DNA of 64,000 bases from an uncultured Eubacteriales bacterium (GTDB lineage: Bacteria > Bacillota > Clostridia > Oscillospirales > CAG-382): NCBI GenBank assembly GCA_934479825.1, contig CAKSOW010000007.1, forward strand, positions 19,892 through 83,891, given 5' to 3'. This document shows, one piece after another, positions 1 to 9,832 of this stretch. The position numbers were made by a program, and so were the translations under genes. Position 1 is the first letter of the stretch. Every line of letters begins with the position of its first letter. The notes below the pieces were generated by a model. It saw only the letters and a program-made list of their open reading frames with translations. It had not been told where the DNA came from and made no database searches.

Positions 1-455
1 CCGACGATCAGCGTGTTGCGCGGCTTTTTATCACTGTCGGTCTCCACACGGTTGACAAAAACGCGGTAGATTAAGCGTGAAAGCAAAAGCCCGATTGCTG
101 AAAGAAGCAGATTGAAAATCAGAAAATCAACGTGATACGCAAGGCAGTCAAAAAGTGCGCCCTCTAAAAGGTTTATCGCGGAGAAAACGACGCCGGCCGA
201 TAAAAATGCCGCAAAAAAGCGCAGATATTCGTCATATTGGGCGTAGCGGTGAATGACGCGGTAAACGCCGAACAACTTGAAAACGATCGGATATACGACA
301 AGCAAAGTCGCCATAGCGACAAGCACGCGCGCTGTGTCGTGCGCGGAAACACCTGCTACGTCTGCCGGAAGAACCAGGCGGCTGGCAAACAGACTGATGA
401 GTAACGTGAAATAGTCAAGAATGATGATATAAACGGATCTCATTTTGGAATTCAT
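1..455 (-). CDS. CapD/PglF-like polysaccharide biosynthesis protein (nucleoside-diphosphate-sugar epimerase/dehydratase family), N-terminal membrane part only; 3' end lies outside the window
   Basis: Own translation of the minus strand from the ATG at 455-453: MNSKMRSVYIIILDYFTLLISLFASRLVL... Several hydrophobic helices are followed by ...DKKPRNTLIVG at the window edge, where CapD-family proteins begin their Rossmann motif. Absent from the ORF track because it is truncated. Confidence 0.5.
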   Translation of the reverse strand, partial: MNSKMRSVYIIILDYFTLLISLFASRLVLPADVAGVSAHDTARVLVAMATLLVVYPIVFKLFGVYRVIHRYAQYDEYLRFFAAFLSAGVVFSAINLLEGALFDCLAYHVDFLIFNLLLSAIGLLLSRLIYRVFVNRVETDSDKKPRNTLIV

Positions 456-505
456 GGGTGTGACGGCTCCTTCTTTGATTTTGAAAGTACAAAACGGAAA
501 GTGCT

Positions 506-1279
506 CTATTTTGCGCCGGATAAGCGGCAGTTGATAAATTCCTCGGCTTTTTCGAGAATTCTCTTGTCATGCCGGAAGTTTAAGGCCTCCAAGGCTTCCT
601 CGTAAGGGAGCAAGCGGTATTCCGAAATCTCCATGATGCTCATGCGCACGTCTTTCGGATGAAAGGAGGCGAGAAAATAAATGGCCTTTTTTCGGATGAA
701 ATTGTTGATCCGATAGTTGTAAAATTCGCGGAATCCGTCAATAATGGCAGTATGAACGCCGGTTTCCTCGTAAATTTCGCGAAGCGCCGTCTGTTTTTCG
801 GTTTCGCCGTATTCGATGTGTCCTTTCGGAAAGCCGATATGACCGGAAATGTTGGTGATGAGAATGTATTTGCGGACACCCTCGTCCTCGGTGTAAAGAA
901 CCGCGCCGCAGCTCTTTTCGTAGTAGCAGATAAATTCCGCTGAATCTTTGGGAATGAATTTTTCGGTAAGTTTTGCGATGTTGGGTTCGTAGAAAATGCT
1001 GTTTTCGCGGGCAGCGATGAGAATATCGTCTTTTTCTCCGGCTTTATCGTGCGCAAGGGCAATGATCTGGGCGTTGAATTTGTTGACCGGGAAGTTTTCT
1101 CCGATTAAGATCACTTCCTTGACGCCGTGTTTGCCGAGTGTTGTATAGCCGAAATTGAGAAAACCGGCGAAGCGGCCCTCCAAAAAGGCGCGGTAGGATT
1201 TTTTGACGTTTACCGTACAGGTAAGTCCTAAGACCTGTCTTGCGTAGTTTTTTGCCGTGAAATCGTTGAGATTGGCCAT
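506..1279 (-). CDS. NUDIX hydrolase with an uncharacterised N-terminal domain
   Basis: Nudix box GHIGFPKGHIEYGETEKQTALREIYEETGV. Start moved to MANLND (ATG at 1279), which is preceded by a GGAG RBS; the track ORF extends further upstream to 1405. Confidence 0.75.
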   Translation of the reverse strand: MANLNDFTAKNYARQVLGLTCTVNVKKSYRAFLEGRFAGFLNFGYTTLGKHGVKEVILIGENFPVNKFNAQIIALAHDKAGEKDDILIAARENSIFYEPNIAKLTEKFIPKDSAEFICYYEKSCGAVLYTEDEGVRKYILITNISGHIGFPKGHIEYGETEKQTALREIYEETGVHTAIIDGFREFYNYRINNFIRKKAIYFLASFHPKDVRMSIMEISEYRLLPYEEALEALNFRHDKRILEKAEEFINCRLSGAK

Positions 1280-1483
1280 GGATTCATCTCCTGTTGAATG
1301 GAAAGGGTACACAAAAGGCATAAGTGTCCCGTATATCATGATAAGTATATCACAAAAATGACGAATAGTCAACAGTAAAAGAACAGGTTTTGCGTTTTTG
1401 TACATTTATTATCCATTTTTGAGTGTGCTTTACAATAGATTACTTCAAAATACCCAAATTCCGTAAAAAACCGACAAAAGGTC

Positions 1484-1512
1484 TTGCAAGGTGGAGCCGG
1501 ATGTGATACAAT
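1484..1512 (+). promoter_or_regulatory. sigma-A-type promoter (TTGCAA-17 nt-TACAAT)
   Basis: TTGCAA at 1484-1489 and TACAAT at 1507-1512 with an exact 17-nt spacer, about 40 nt upstream of the 1552 start codon. Confidence 0.5.
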
Positions 1513-1551
1513 ATACTATAAAAGTAAAATATGGGGGAGGAGTGCGGCAAA

Positions 1552-2274
1552 ATGCTTCACATAATAGCGGGCATCTTGGTTTTTATCCTGAAAGCTTTGC
1601 TTTTTGTCCTGCTTGCCGTGCTTGTCCTTGTCTTGCTTTTGTGCCTTTCGCGACTCGGCGTCCGCGTCCGGTTAAAAGAGGACGGCTCGCTTGAATGGAT
1701 CGCGCGGCTTGGCATTTTTCAGTTTCCTGTGACGCGTTTTGCCGCATGGCGTGAGGCGCACCGGAAACAAAAGCCGCCGGCGCTTATCAAGTACACGGAG
1801 AATTTTGGTCTGTTCGGTGAAATGCCGGAAGAAAGCCAAGCCCAAAAGAAAAAGAAAACCAATCGATCCGCCCATAAAAAAGCGGTTGACAAAAAGCCGA
1901 AAGAAAAAGCGAAACCGGATGTGTTAGCGCTGATCGGGCAGATCACCGACTTCTTGTCCGAGGCGTATGACCGGCTTTCGGGAGACGGAGTTATCCGCGT
2001 GCGGCGGTTAGTGCTTGTCGCGGCGGCGCCGGAGGCGGCTGATACGGCGGCTTTATTCGGACATATGAATACCGCGGCGGCGTCTCTGTTACACGTCAGC
2101 TCCCAATTCAAAAGGTTGGATACGAAAAAAGCCAGAATCGGCGTTTATTCGGACTTTTCCGCGCAGGTGCCGCGTGCGGACGCGGATATTGAGCTGAATT
2201 TCAGCTTTCTTGTACTTGCGCGTGTCGCATGGAGCGCTTTACAAACGTATTTGGCTGTCAAAAAACACATATAA
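1552..2274 (+). CDS. DUF2953-like membrane protein (sporulation-associated partner of YtfJ)
   Basis: N-terminal TM helix (MLHIIAGILVFILKALLFVLLAVLVLVLLL), a K-rich linker, and a position immediately upstream of ytfJ, as is typical for DUF2953. Start chosen at the ATG at 1552, after a GGGGGAGGAG RBS. Confidence 0.5.
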   Translation: MLHIIAGILVFILKALLFVLLAVLVLVLLLCLSRLGVRVRLKEDGSLEWIARLGIFQFPVTRFAAWREAHRKQKPPALIKYTENFGLFGEMPEESQAQKKKKTNRSAHKKAVDKKPKEKAKPDVLALIGQITDFLSEAYDRLSGDGVIRVRRLVLVAAAPEAADTAALFGHMNTAAASLLHVSSQFKRLDTKKARIGVYSDFSAQVPRADADIELNFSFLVLARVAWSALQTYLAVKKHI

Positions 2275-2303
2275 AGATTCTTATAATAGAAAGGACAAGT
2301 ATC

Positions 2304-2837
2304 ATGGAAGAAAGACAACCGATGAGTGAAGTCATCAAGGAAACCATTGATAAAGTCAAAAGCATTGCCGATACCAAAACGGTCATCGGTGAGCCGATGA
2401 CGTTGATTGAGGGCGTGACCATTATACCGGTATCGCGCGTTTCGATTGCCGCGGCTCTCGGCGGCGGTGAATACGGCAACAAGAAAGACCGGAAAAAAGC
2501 GGATACCGAAAAGATCATAACCGACAATTTCGGTGGCGGAGGAGGAACGGGGATTACGGTGACGCCGGTGGCGTTTTTAGTCGTGACGGCGGACGGGGAG
2601 ACCAAGCTTCTCAACATTGGCGAAAACTCCGGCTATGTAAGCAGTGCCATTCTGGGTGCGGTCAACGGATTGGACAGCGCTCTTGATAAAGCGCCGGACA
2701 TTCTCGAAAAGATAAAAGGCCTGTTCGGCAAAAACAAAAAAGAGGGCAAAGCCGTGTCGGAGGTCGTGATTGCCGATGAAACGGCAGAAAATGCGGCAGA
2801 TACAGAAGATCGTGCAGACGGAGAAACGGGTGTATGA
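2304..2837 (+). CDS. ytfJ: GerW/YtfJ family sporulation protein
   Basis: MEERQPMSEVIKETIDKVKSIADTKTVIGEPMTLIEGVTIIPVSRVS...GGGGGTGITVTPVAFLVV matches the YtfJ/GerW pattern. The ATG at 2304 was verified in the sequence. Confidence 0.8.
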   Translation: MEERQPMSEVIKETIDKVKSIADTKTVIGEPMTLIEGVTIIPVSRVSIAAALGGGEYGNKKDRKKADTEKIITDNFGGGGGTGITVTPVAFLVVTADGETKLLNIGENSGYVSSAILGAVNGLDSALDKAPDILEKIKGLFGKNKKEGKAVSEVVIADETAENAADTEDRADGETGV

Positions 2838-4591
2838 AAGATTTCGGCGCATCGGAAAGCAATGTATCGCCGTCCGATATTCATAAAAAGCGCGACAAAC
2901 GGACCGAACGGAAAACGTTAAAATGGATTCTGTCCGTCGCACGCCCGGAAATTCCCACTGTGCTGTTTATTATCTTTGGCGAAGGACTTTGGGCAGTGTT
3001 CGGAACGGTCACGGCGTTGTTCTCCCGTGAGATTATCAATGGCGCGACGCGCGGCGACCGGGATCACATGTTTCTTTTCCTTATTATTTATTTAGTGGTT
3101 GCTTTGTCGCTTCTCGCTGTCCACGGTATCATGAACTATACTACCGAACGCTGCAAAGGACGGCTGGAAATCCTGTTCCGTTCGCGCGTGTTTGACAAAA
3201 TGCTTTCAAGACGCTATGCCGAGCTTCGCGAACATCACACCGGCGACCTTGTCAACCGCCTGTCGGGAGACGTGGGGGTCATTTCGGATGCGGCGGCGAC
3301 CATTATTCCGAATGTCGTCATGATGAGTGTGCGCCTTATCTGCGCCATGATCGTGTTAGTACGCTTAAACTGGCGTTTCGCGTTGGTGTTCAGTGTCGGC
3401 GGTATTTTAATTTTTTTGTTCGCACGACTGTTTAAAGGCATGGTGCAGGAATACCACAAGGCTATGCAGCAGGCGGACGGAAGAACGCGTTCGTTCTGGC
3501 AGGAAATTTTTGAAAACCTGATGGTCGTCAAATCCTTTGCCGGAGAGCAAAAGGCCGAAGAGAAGGCGTCGGCTTTGATGAACGAGCACTATAAACTCCG
3601 CATGAAGCGTTCGCTTATCGGCACGTTTTCCATGGTCGGAACGCGGGTGGTCGTGCGCATGGGACATTTGTTTGCCATCGGTTACGGCGCGTATTGCTTA
3701 CTTTCCGGAACAATGGATTTCGGAACGCTGACGGCGCTTAACCAATTGGTCGGTCAGGTTCAACAGCCGTTTGCCAACATGACCGGCATTATGCCGCGCT
3801 ACTACTCGGCGCTTTCGTCGGCTGAACGGCTTATGGAGATCGAAAACCTGCCAGAGGACACGGTCGGTACGCCGGTGAATGCGGCAGAAACCTACCGTAA
3901 GATGCAGAATATCGATGTGCAGGACATCACGTTCCGGTACGACGAAGACAAAACGGTTTTGGAGAATTGCTCTTGCGTGATTCAGAAGGGCGATTTTGTA
4001 TCGATTACCGGCATGTCGGGAATCGGAAAAAGCACCTTGTTCAAAGTGCTTCTCGATATCTACCCATTCGAGGCAGGGGAGGCTGTGCTTTGCACATCGG
4101 AGGGGCGGTTGCCTTTAACGGGCAGTACACGTACACTGTTTGCGTATGTACCGCAGGGAAATATGCTGTTTTCCGGCTCGTTAAGAGATAATCTGTTGTT
4201 CATGGCGCATGAAAACGTGTCGGATGAGCAGATACGGAAAGCGTTGGAATGCGCTTGTGCCGCGGAATTTGTGGACGCGCTGCCGGAAAAACTGGACACT
4301 GTTATCGGTGAAAACGGCGTCGGGCTTTCTGAGGGACAGATCCAGAGACTCTCGTTTGCAAGAGCCTTGCTTTCGGAGGCTCCAATCTTGCTTTTGGATG
4401 AAGCGACCAGCGCGTTAGATGAAGCCACCGAGGCGAAATTGTTAACCAATCTCAAAGCGCTGGATAACCGCACCTGTATTATTGTAACCCACAAAAAAGC
4501 GGCTCTTGCCGTGTGCAACCGTCATTTTGTGATAAAGGACAAGAAGTTTGTCGAGCCGGAAAACGGACTTGTCGGCGAGGTCCGCGTGTGA
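2834..4591 (+). CDS. ABC exporter, fused permease/ATP-binding protein (MsbA/type I exporter family)
   Basis: Six-TM N-terminal half followed by Walker A GMSGIGKST, signature LSEGQIQRL and Walker B ILLLDEATSALD. The start overlaps the ytfJ stop (ATGA). Confidence 0.85.
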   Translation: MKDFGASESNVSPSDIHKKRDKRTERKTLKWILSVARPEIPTVLFIIFGEGLWAVFGTVTALFSREIINGATRGDRDHMFLFLIIYLVVALSLLAVHGIMNYTTERCKGRLEILFRSRVFDKMLSRRYAELREHHTGDLVNRLSGDVGVISDAAATIIPNVVMMSVRLICAMIVLVRLNWRFALVFSVGGILIFLFARLFKGMVQEYHKAMQQADGRTRSFWQEIFENLMVVKSFAGEQKAEEKASALMNEHYKLRMKRSLIGTFSMVGTRVVVRMGHLFAIGYGAYCLLSGTMDFGTLTALNQLVGQVQQPFANMTGIMPRYYSALSSAERLMEIENLPEDTVGTPVNAAETYRKMQNIDVQDITFRYDEDKTVLENCSCVIQKGDFVSITGMSGIGKSTLFKVLLDIYPFEAGEAVLCTSEGRLPLTGSTRTLFAYVPQGNMLFSGSLRDNLLFMAHENVSDEQIRKALECACAAEFVDALPEKLDTVIGENGVGLSEGQIQRLSFARALLSEAPILLLDEATSALDEATEAKLLTNLKALDNRTCIIVTHKKAALAVCNRHFVIKDKKFVEPENGLVGEVRV

Positions 4592-4675
4592 CAAAGAAAA
4601 AACGCAGGGCAAACACCGTAAAATGTAAACTTTTTTGAAACGCCGAAAAAAATCGGGAAAAATTCAAAAAAACAC

Positions 4676-4704
4676 TTGCAATTTGCGCTATGCGGTGTTA
4701 TAAT
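4676..4704 (+). promoter_or_regulatory. sigma-A-type promoter of rpmB (TTGCAA-17 nt-TATAAT)
   Basis: Hexamers at 4676-4681 and 4699-4704 with a 17-nt spacer. Confidence 0.55.
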
Positions 4705-4787
4705 AATCCTTGCTGTCCTGTATGATGACAGGAATTTTGATTTAAAGTGATAATCAAGTTCAATCAACCACTTAGGAGGTGTAAACA

Positions 4788-4976
4788 ATGGCAAAATGTG
4801 AAATCTGCGGAAAGGGCGTTACTTTCGGCTGCAACGTATCGCACTCTCACAGAAAGACCAATCGGGCATGGAAGCCCAACATCAGACGTGTCAAGATTGT
4901 TGACAACGGTACGCACAAGACGGTCAACGTATGCTCTCGCTGCCTCCGTTCCAACAAAGTAACCAGAGCGGTTTGA
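4788..4976 (+). CDS. rpmB: 50S ribosomal protein L28
   Basis: MAKCEICGKGVTFGCNVSHSHRKTNRAWKPNIRRVKIV... is a canonical L28 sequence, preceded by an AGGAGG RBS. Confidence 0.95.
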   Translation: MAKCEICGKGVTFGCNVSHSHRKTNRAWKPNIRRVKIVDNGTHKTVNVCSRCLRSNKVTRAV

Positions 4977-5035
4977 TTTTTACCGGCTTTGTCCGGTTGT
5001 TCATAGAGCTTTTCAGCTTGCGTGACAGACACGAA

Positions 5036-5070
5036 AAAAGGGGCTTTGCTTTGCAAAAGCCCCTTTTTTA
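5036..5070 (+). terminator. rho-independent terminator after rpmB (A-tract upstream, so possibly bidirectional)
   Basis: GGGGCTTT...AAAGCCCC stem followed by TTTTTT (5064-5069). Confidence 0.8.
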
Positions 5071-5143
5071 ATCGAGTTATCGAATGGATATATTTTTCGG
5101 AGGGACTGCCGCTTGGGCAGCCCCATAAAGCGTTATAGAGAAA

Positions 5144-6124
5144 CTATTTTATTTTTATTTCATTGGTCAGCGGCTTTCCGGCGAAAAACTCATCAAAATT
5201 CTGAATTGTGACGCTCGCAATGTTGTCAAGCGCTTCTTCGGTTAAAAAAGCCTGATGTGACGTGATAAGAACATTCGGACGGCTGACAAGAAGCGCCAGG
5301 GTATCGTCCCGTATGATTTTGTCGGACATGTCCTCATAGAAAAGATTGGCTTCTTCTTCGTATACGTCGAGCGCCGCGCCGCGCAGTTTTCCGGCGGTGA
5401 GCACTTCCAAAAGCGCCTCGCTGTCTACCAGCGCACCGCGTGAGGTGTTGAGCAGAAAGGCGCCCGGTTTCATAAGATCAAGCGCCGCCCGGTCAATGAT
5501 GTGGTAGCTGGATTCCGTAAGGGGGCAGTGCAGGGAAATGACATCGCTTTCGCGCAGCAGCTTTTCAAGCGGCACGTATTCAATGCCGCTTCCCCCGGCC
5601 GGATACGGGTCGTAGGCGATAACTTTCATGCCAAGCCCTTTGCACAGGTCGATAAAGGTGCGGCCGATCTTTCCCGTTCCGATAATGCCGGCGGTCTTGC
5701 CATACAGGTCGATACCGGTCAGCCCATTGATGTTGAAATTGAAGTCGCGCGTGCGGATATAGGCGCGGTAAATGCGGCGGTTGAGCGCCAAAAGAAGTGC
5801 AAGCGCGTGTTCGGCTACGGCGTGCGGCGAATAGGCCGGTACGCGGACGACCGCTAGTTTATCTTTGGCGGCTGTGATATCCACATTGCTGAAACCGGCA
5901 CAGCGCATGGCAAGAATCTTTACACCGCGCTCAACCATGCGGTCGATTGCCATTTTGTTTATGTTGGAATTGACAAAGGCGCAAACGCCGTCAAATCCCT
6001 CGGTGATCTTGGCGGTGTGATGGTTGAGCTTTTCTTCAAAATAGGTGATCTCATAGTTTTTTCCGTATTGGTCAAAATACGTTTTATCATACGGTTTTGT
6101 ATCAAAAAATGCGATTTTTTTCAT
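5144..6124 (-). CDS. ldhA: D-isomer-specific 2-hydroxyacid dehydrogenase (D-lactate dehydrogenase-like)
   Basis: MKKIAFFDTKPYDKTYFDQ..., NAD-binding motif GIIGTGKIGR, and the catalytic-region pattern typical of D-LDH family proteins of about 330 aa. Confidence 0.8.
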   Translation of the reverse strand: MKKIAFFDTKPYDKTYFDQYGKNYEITYFEEKLNHHTAKITEGFDGVCAFVNSNINKMAIDRMVERGVKILAMRCAGFSNVDITAAKDKLAVVRVPAYSPHAVAEHALALLLALNRRIYRAYIRTRDFNFNINGLTGIDLYGKTAGIIGTGKIGRTFIDLCKGLGMKVIAYDPYPAGGSGIEYVPLEKLLRESDVISLHCPLTESSYHIIDRAALDLMKPGAFLLNTSRGALVDSEALLEVLTAGKLRGAALDVYEEEANLFYEDMSDKIIRDDTLALLVSRPNVLITSHQAFLTEEALDNIASVTIQNFDEFFAGKPLTNEIKIK

Positions 6125-6237
6125 AAATATTCGGACACTTCCTTTCTTAAAATATAGTATACCCGTTTTTCTTGCGGTTCGTCAACCAAAAAACGGAATT
6201 TTTCTTTTAATTATTGTTATCGCGGGAGGCAGGACAA

Positions 6238-9200
6238 ATGGCAATCCGTATTTCGGACATGTTAAGAGATGTGATTCGCTCGGAAAACGAATATAAACAG
6301 CTCTATAACACCCTTTATAAATTTATTTCCGGCGGCAGTCGGTTTTCACAAGGACCGGCGCTCATTACCGGGCTTTCCGACGGCGCGCGCAATGTGCTCT
6401 GTGCCTCTCTTGCCGCAGAAGAAGCGTTTCTGCAAGGGGAGAACGCAAAAAAAACGCCGCTCATTCTGGTTCCTGACGAAAAAACCGCTTATTCCATGCG
6501 CACCAAGCTTTCCGCTTTTGTGGCAAATGTCTGCGTATTTCCGGCGCGCGATTTTAACTTTCACAATGTCGGCGCTCTGTCCAAGGATTGGGAATATGAG
6601 CGCTTAAAGACGCTCCGGCTGTTGCTTGCCGGCGAGTGCGGCGCGGTGTTGGCTGTGCCGGAGGCGACGCTTTCTTTACTTCCGCCGAAAGAATATCTTG
6701 CCAAGGGCGATACGTTGAAACTTGGCGATACGGTGTCGGTTGCCGAACTTATTAAAACGCTTGACGGCTATGGCTATGTGCGTGTCGATACGGTTGAAGG
6801 GGCTGGGCAGTATTCGCTTCGCGGCGATATTTTGGATGTGTTTGTGCCGGATAACGAATATCCGCTCCGATTGGAATTCTTCGGCGATGAATTGGACGCG
6901 GCCGGTTTCTTTGACACCATGACGCAAAGACGCACCGAAAATGTGACGGAATTCACGGTAACGCCGGTACGGGAAACCGTCATACCGCCTCAAAAACGTG
7001 AATTGATTGAAGGAAAGATCGATACACTGATTGCGTCGGCTCTGCGCAAGAAAAACCAGACGCTTGCCGAAAAGCTCTCCAAAGAACGCACGGAATTTAT
7101 GAATGCCGATTTTCCCGCCGCCGACAAATATTTGCCGTATCTGTACGATTCCTTTACGACGCTATTTGATTATGCAGACGGCATTTGCGTTGTGTGCGAC
7201 TATCCGCGCGTCAAGGAACGCCTGAATTCGTTCTTGTGGCAGCTTCATGAAACGCTGACGGACCTTGCGGCTTCGGGTGAGATGTCGATAGCTGGCGGCG
7301 TCTGGTGCAAGGGCTATGAGGATTTAAAATATTTTCTTACCAAACGCCCGTCGGCTGTGACCGACCCGTTTACCGGCACACCGGATTTTGAAATTTCGGG
7401 ACTGTTTGAATTTGCTTCGCGGCAGACGGTGAGTATCGAATCCAGCGCGGATATTCTGTGCGATGATCTGACCGGTTATTTGAAAAGCGGATGCCGGACG
7501 GTGTTGTGCGTGCGCGGAAAAGCGCATGCGTCCGAGCTGTATGATATGTTAGGCGAACGCGGAATCGGGGCAGTCGTTTCGGGAGGTGCACCGCTTGCAG
7601 ATCTTGCCAAGAATCACGTGTATATCATGCCGAAAGACGATCCGGGCGACGAATATGTCGGCTTTGAATTGACCGCAACCAAGTTTGCGTTTTTATGTGA
7701 AAGCAATGCAGCCCAAGAATCCACTGCGCGTGCCGTAAGAAGCAACGAAAAGGCGAAAAAGTCCGCCAAAAAGAAGATCCTTTCTTATCTGGAGCTCACC
7801 GAGGGCGATTATGTGGTGCACGAACTGCATGGCGTTGGTCAGTATCTTGGCATCAAGACCTTGACCGTGGCCGGGGTGACGCGCGATTATATCACCATCA
7901 AATACGCCGGAAAAGATCAGTTATATGTGCCGTGCGACGGCCTTGACAAGGTGTCCAAGTATTCCGGAAAAGGCGAAAATGTAACGCTTTCCAAAATGGG
8001 CGGCAGTGAATGGATCAAAAAGAAAACACGTGCCAAAAAAGCGGCCAAGGATATGGCAAAAGAACTGATCGCGCTGTATGCCGAACGTACACGCCGTCCC
8101 GGCTATGCCTTTTCGCCGGACAGCGAATGGCAGCGCGAATTTGAAGCCGGCTTTGAGTATGAAGAGACCGACGGCCAATTGCAGGCTGTGCGCGAGATCA
8201 AACGGGACATGGAAAAGCCGTGTCCGATGGACAGACTCCTGTGCGGTGATGTGGGATTCGGCAAAACGGAAGTGGCTTTACGCGCTGCATTCAAGGCCGT
8301 CATGGACGGCAAGCAGGTGGCGGTGCTTGTGCCGACGACTATTTTAGCGTTTCAGCATTTCCGCACGTTCTGTTCGCGTATGCATGGTTTTCCGCTCCGT
8401 ATCGAAATGCTGTCGCGGTACGTCACTCCCAAAAACGCCAAACTTGTTTTGCAGAAGTTGGAAAACGGCGAGGCGGATATCGTGGTCGGGACGCACAAAC
8501 TGCTTGGAAAAAACGTCAAATTCAAGAATCTCGGACTTCTTATTGTCGATGAAGAGCAGCGCTTCGGCGTAGCGCACAAAGAACGGCTTAAAGAAATGTC
8601 CAAACAGGTTGATGTGCTGACGCTTACCGCCACCCCCATTCCGCGCACTTTCAATATGGCGCTTGTGGGAATCCGCGATATGTCGGTGCTCGAAGAAGCT
8701 CCGGTTGACCGGTATCCGGTGCAGACATATGTCTTGGAATATGACCGTACCATTCTTATGGAGGCAGTCAAAAAAGAATTGAGACGCGGCGGTCAGGTGT
8801 TTTATCTGCATAATAAAGTGGAGGACATCATGACGGTGGCTTCCCGTATCAAAGAAGCCGTTCCGGAGGCCAATGTCGCGGTGGCGCACGGCCAGATGGA
8901 TAAAGAGGAGATTTCTTCAATCTGGTACGACATGACCGAGGGGAAAATCGATGTTCTTGTGTGTACGACTATCATCGAAACCGGCGTGGATGTGCCCAAT
9001 GCCAACACGCTCATCATCGAGGACGCCGACCACATGGGACTTGCCCAGCTTCATCAGATCCGCGGCCGCGTCGGACGCTCCAATCGCCGTGCTTTCGCCT
9101 ATTTAACCTATAAACCGGAAAGCATGCTGAACGAAATCGCGCAAAAGCGGCTTATGGCTATCAAGGAGTTTACGGAATTCGGTTCCGGCTTTAAAATTGC

Positions 9201-9798
9201 TATGCGAGACCTTGAAATCCGCGGCGCAGGCAATCTCTTGGGCGCGGAGCAGTCGGGACACATGGAGGCGGTCGGCTACGATATGTTTGTGCGGCTTCTG
9301 GAACAGGCCGTGTTGGAGGAAAAAGGCGAAGCGGTGAAAGAAACGCCGGAATGCACGGTCGATCTCGGTATCAGCGCTTTTATCCCCGAACGCTATATCA
9401 AGCGCCCGTCCGGCCGGATCGAAATGTATAAGCGGATTTCCGAAATCAAAACCAAGGCGGATGCGGACGATGTGGCGGATGAATTGAGCGACCGGTATGG
9501 CGAGATCCCGAAAGAAACCAAAAATCTTCTTATGATTGCGTCGATACGCGCACGCGCCTCCGCACTCGGCATTCTCCGGATTGAGTATAAAAACGGCAAG
9601 CTTGCCGTTTATCCGGGCACGCCGCCCACGAAAGAGCAGTCGGTGGCGCTTGCCATGAAATTCCCCGGAAAAGTGCTGACATCTCTCGGCAAAAATCCGT
9701 GCTATAACATCAAGGCGGAGTCGGTCGAGGGGATTGGCACCGTGTTAGAGGAAATATTCAAGATTTATTCACCAAACAAGCCGGATAGCGTGGTATAA
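6238..9798 (+). CDS. mfd: transcription-repair coupling factor
   Basis: About 1186 aa. Contains a UvrB-homology N-terminus, an RNAP-interaction region, the superfamily-2 helicase motifs GDVGFGKTEVA and DEEQRFG, and a TRG/C-terminal domain. Start set at the ATG at 6238 after a GGGAGG RBS. Confidence 0.95.
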   Translation: MAIRISDMLRDVIRSENEYKQLYNTLYKFISGGSRFSQGPALITGLSDGARNVLCASLAAEEAFLQGENAKKTPLILVPDEKTAYSMRTKLSAFVANVCVFPARDFNFHNVGALSKDWEYERLKTLRLLLAGECGAVLAVPEATLSLLPPKEYLAKGDTLKLGDTVSVAELIKTLDGYGYVRVDTVEGAGQYSLRGDILDVFVPDNEYPLRLEFFGDELDAAGFFDTMTQRRTENVTEFTVTPVRETVIPPQKRELIEGKIDTLIASALRKKNQTLAEKLSKERTEFMNADFPAADKYLPYLYDSFTTLFDYADGICVVCDYPRVKERLNSFLWQLHETLTDLAASGEMSIAGGVWCKGYEDLKYFLTKRPSAVTDPFTGTPDFEISGLFEFASRQTVSIESSADILCDDLTGYLKSGCRTVLCVRGKAHASELYDMLGERGIGAVVSGGAPLADLAKNHVYIMPKDDPGDEYVGFELTATKFAFLCESNAAQESTARAVRSNEKAKKSAKKKILSYLELTEGDYVVHELHGVGQYLGIKTLTVAGVTRDYITIKYAGKDQLYVPCDGLDKVSKYSGKGENVTLSKMGGSEWIKKKTRAKKAAKDMAKELIALYAERTRRPGYAFSPDSEWQREFEAGFEYEETDGQLQAVREIKRDMEKPCPMDRLLCGDVGFGKTEVALRAAFKAVMDGKQVAVLVPTTILAFQHFRTFCSRMHGFPLRIEMLSRYVTPKNAKLVLQKLENGEADIVVGTHKLLGKNVKFKNLGLLIVDEEQRFGVAHKERLKEMSKQVDVLTLTATPIPRTFNMALVGIRDMSVLEEAPVDRYPVQTYVLEYDRTILMEAVKKELRRGGQVFYLHNKVEDIMTVASRIKEAVPEANVAVAHGQMDKEEISSIWYDMTEGKIDVLVCTTIIETGVDVPNANTLIIEDADHMGLAQLHQIRGRVGRSNRRAFAYLTYKPESMLNEIAQKRLMAIKEFTEFGSGFKIAMRDLEIRGAGNLLGAEQSGHMEAVGYDMFVRLLEQAVLEEKGEAVKETPECTVDLGISAFIPERYIKRPSGRIEMYKRISEIKTKADADDVADELSDRYGEIPKETKNLLMIASIRARASALGILRIEYKNGKLAVYPGTPPTKEQSVALAMKFPGKVLTSLGKNPCYNIKAESVEGIGTVLEEIFKIYSPNKPDSVV

Positions 9799-9832
9799 TA
9801 ATTTGATAACAAATGGGAAAGGAAGCGAACTT

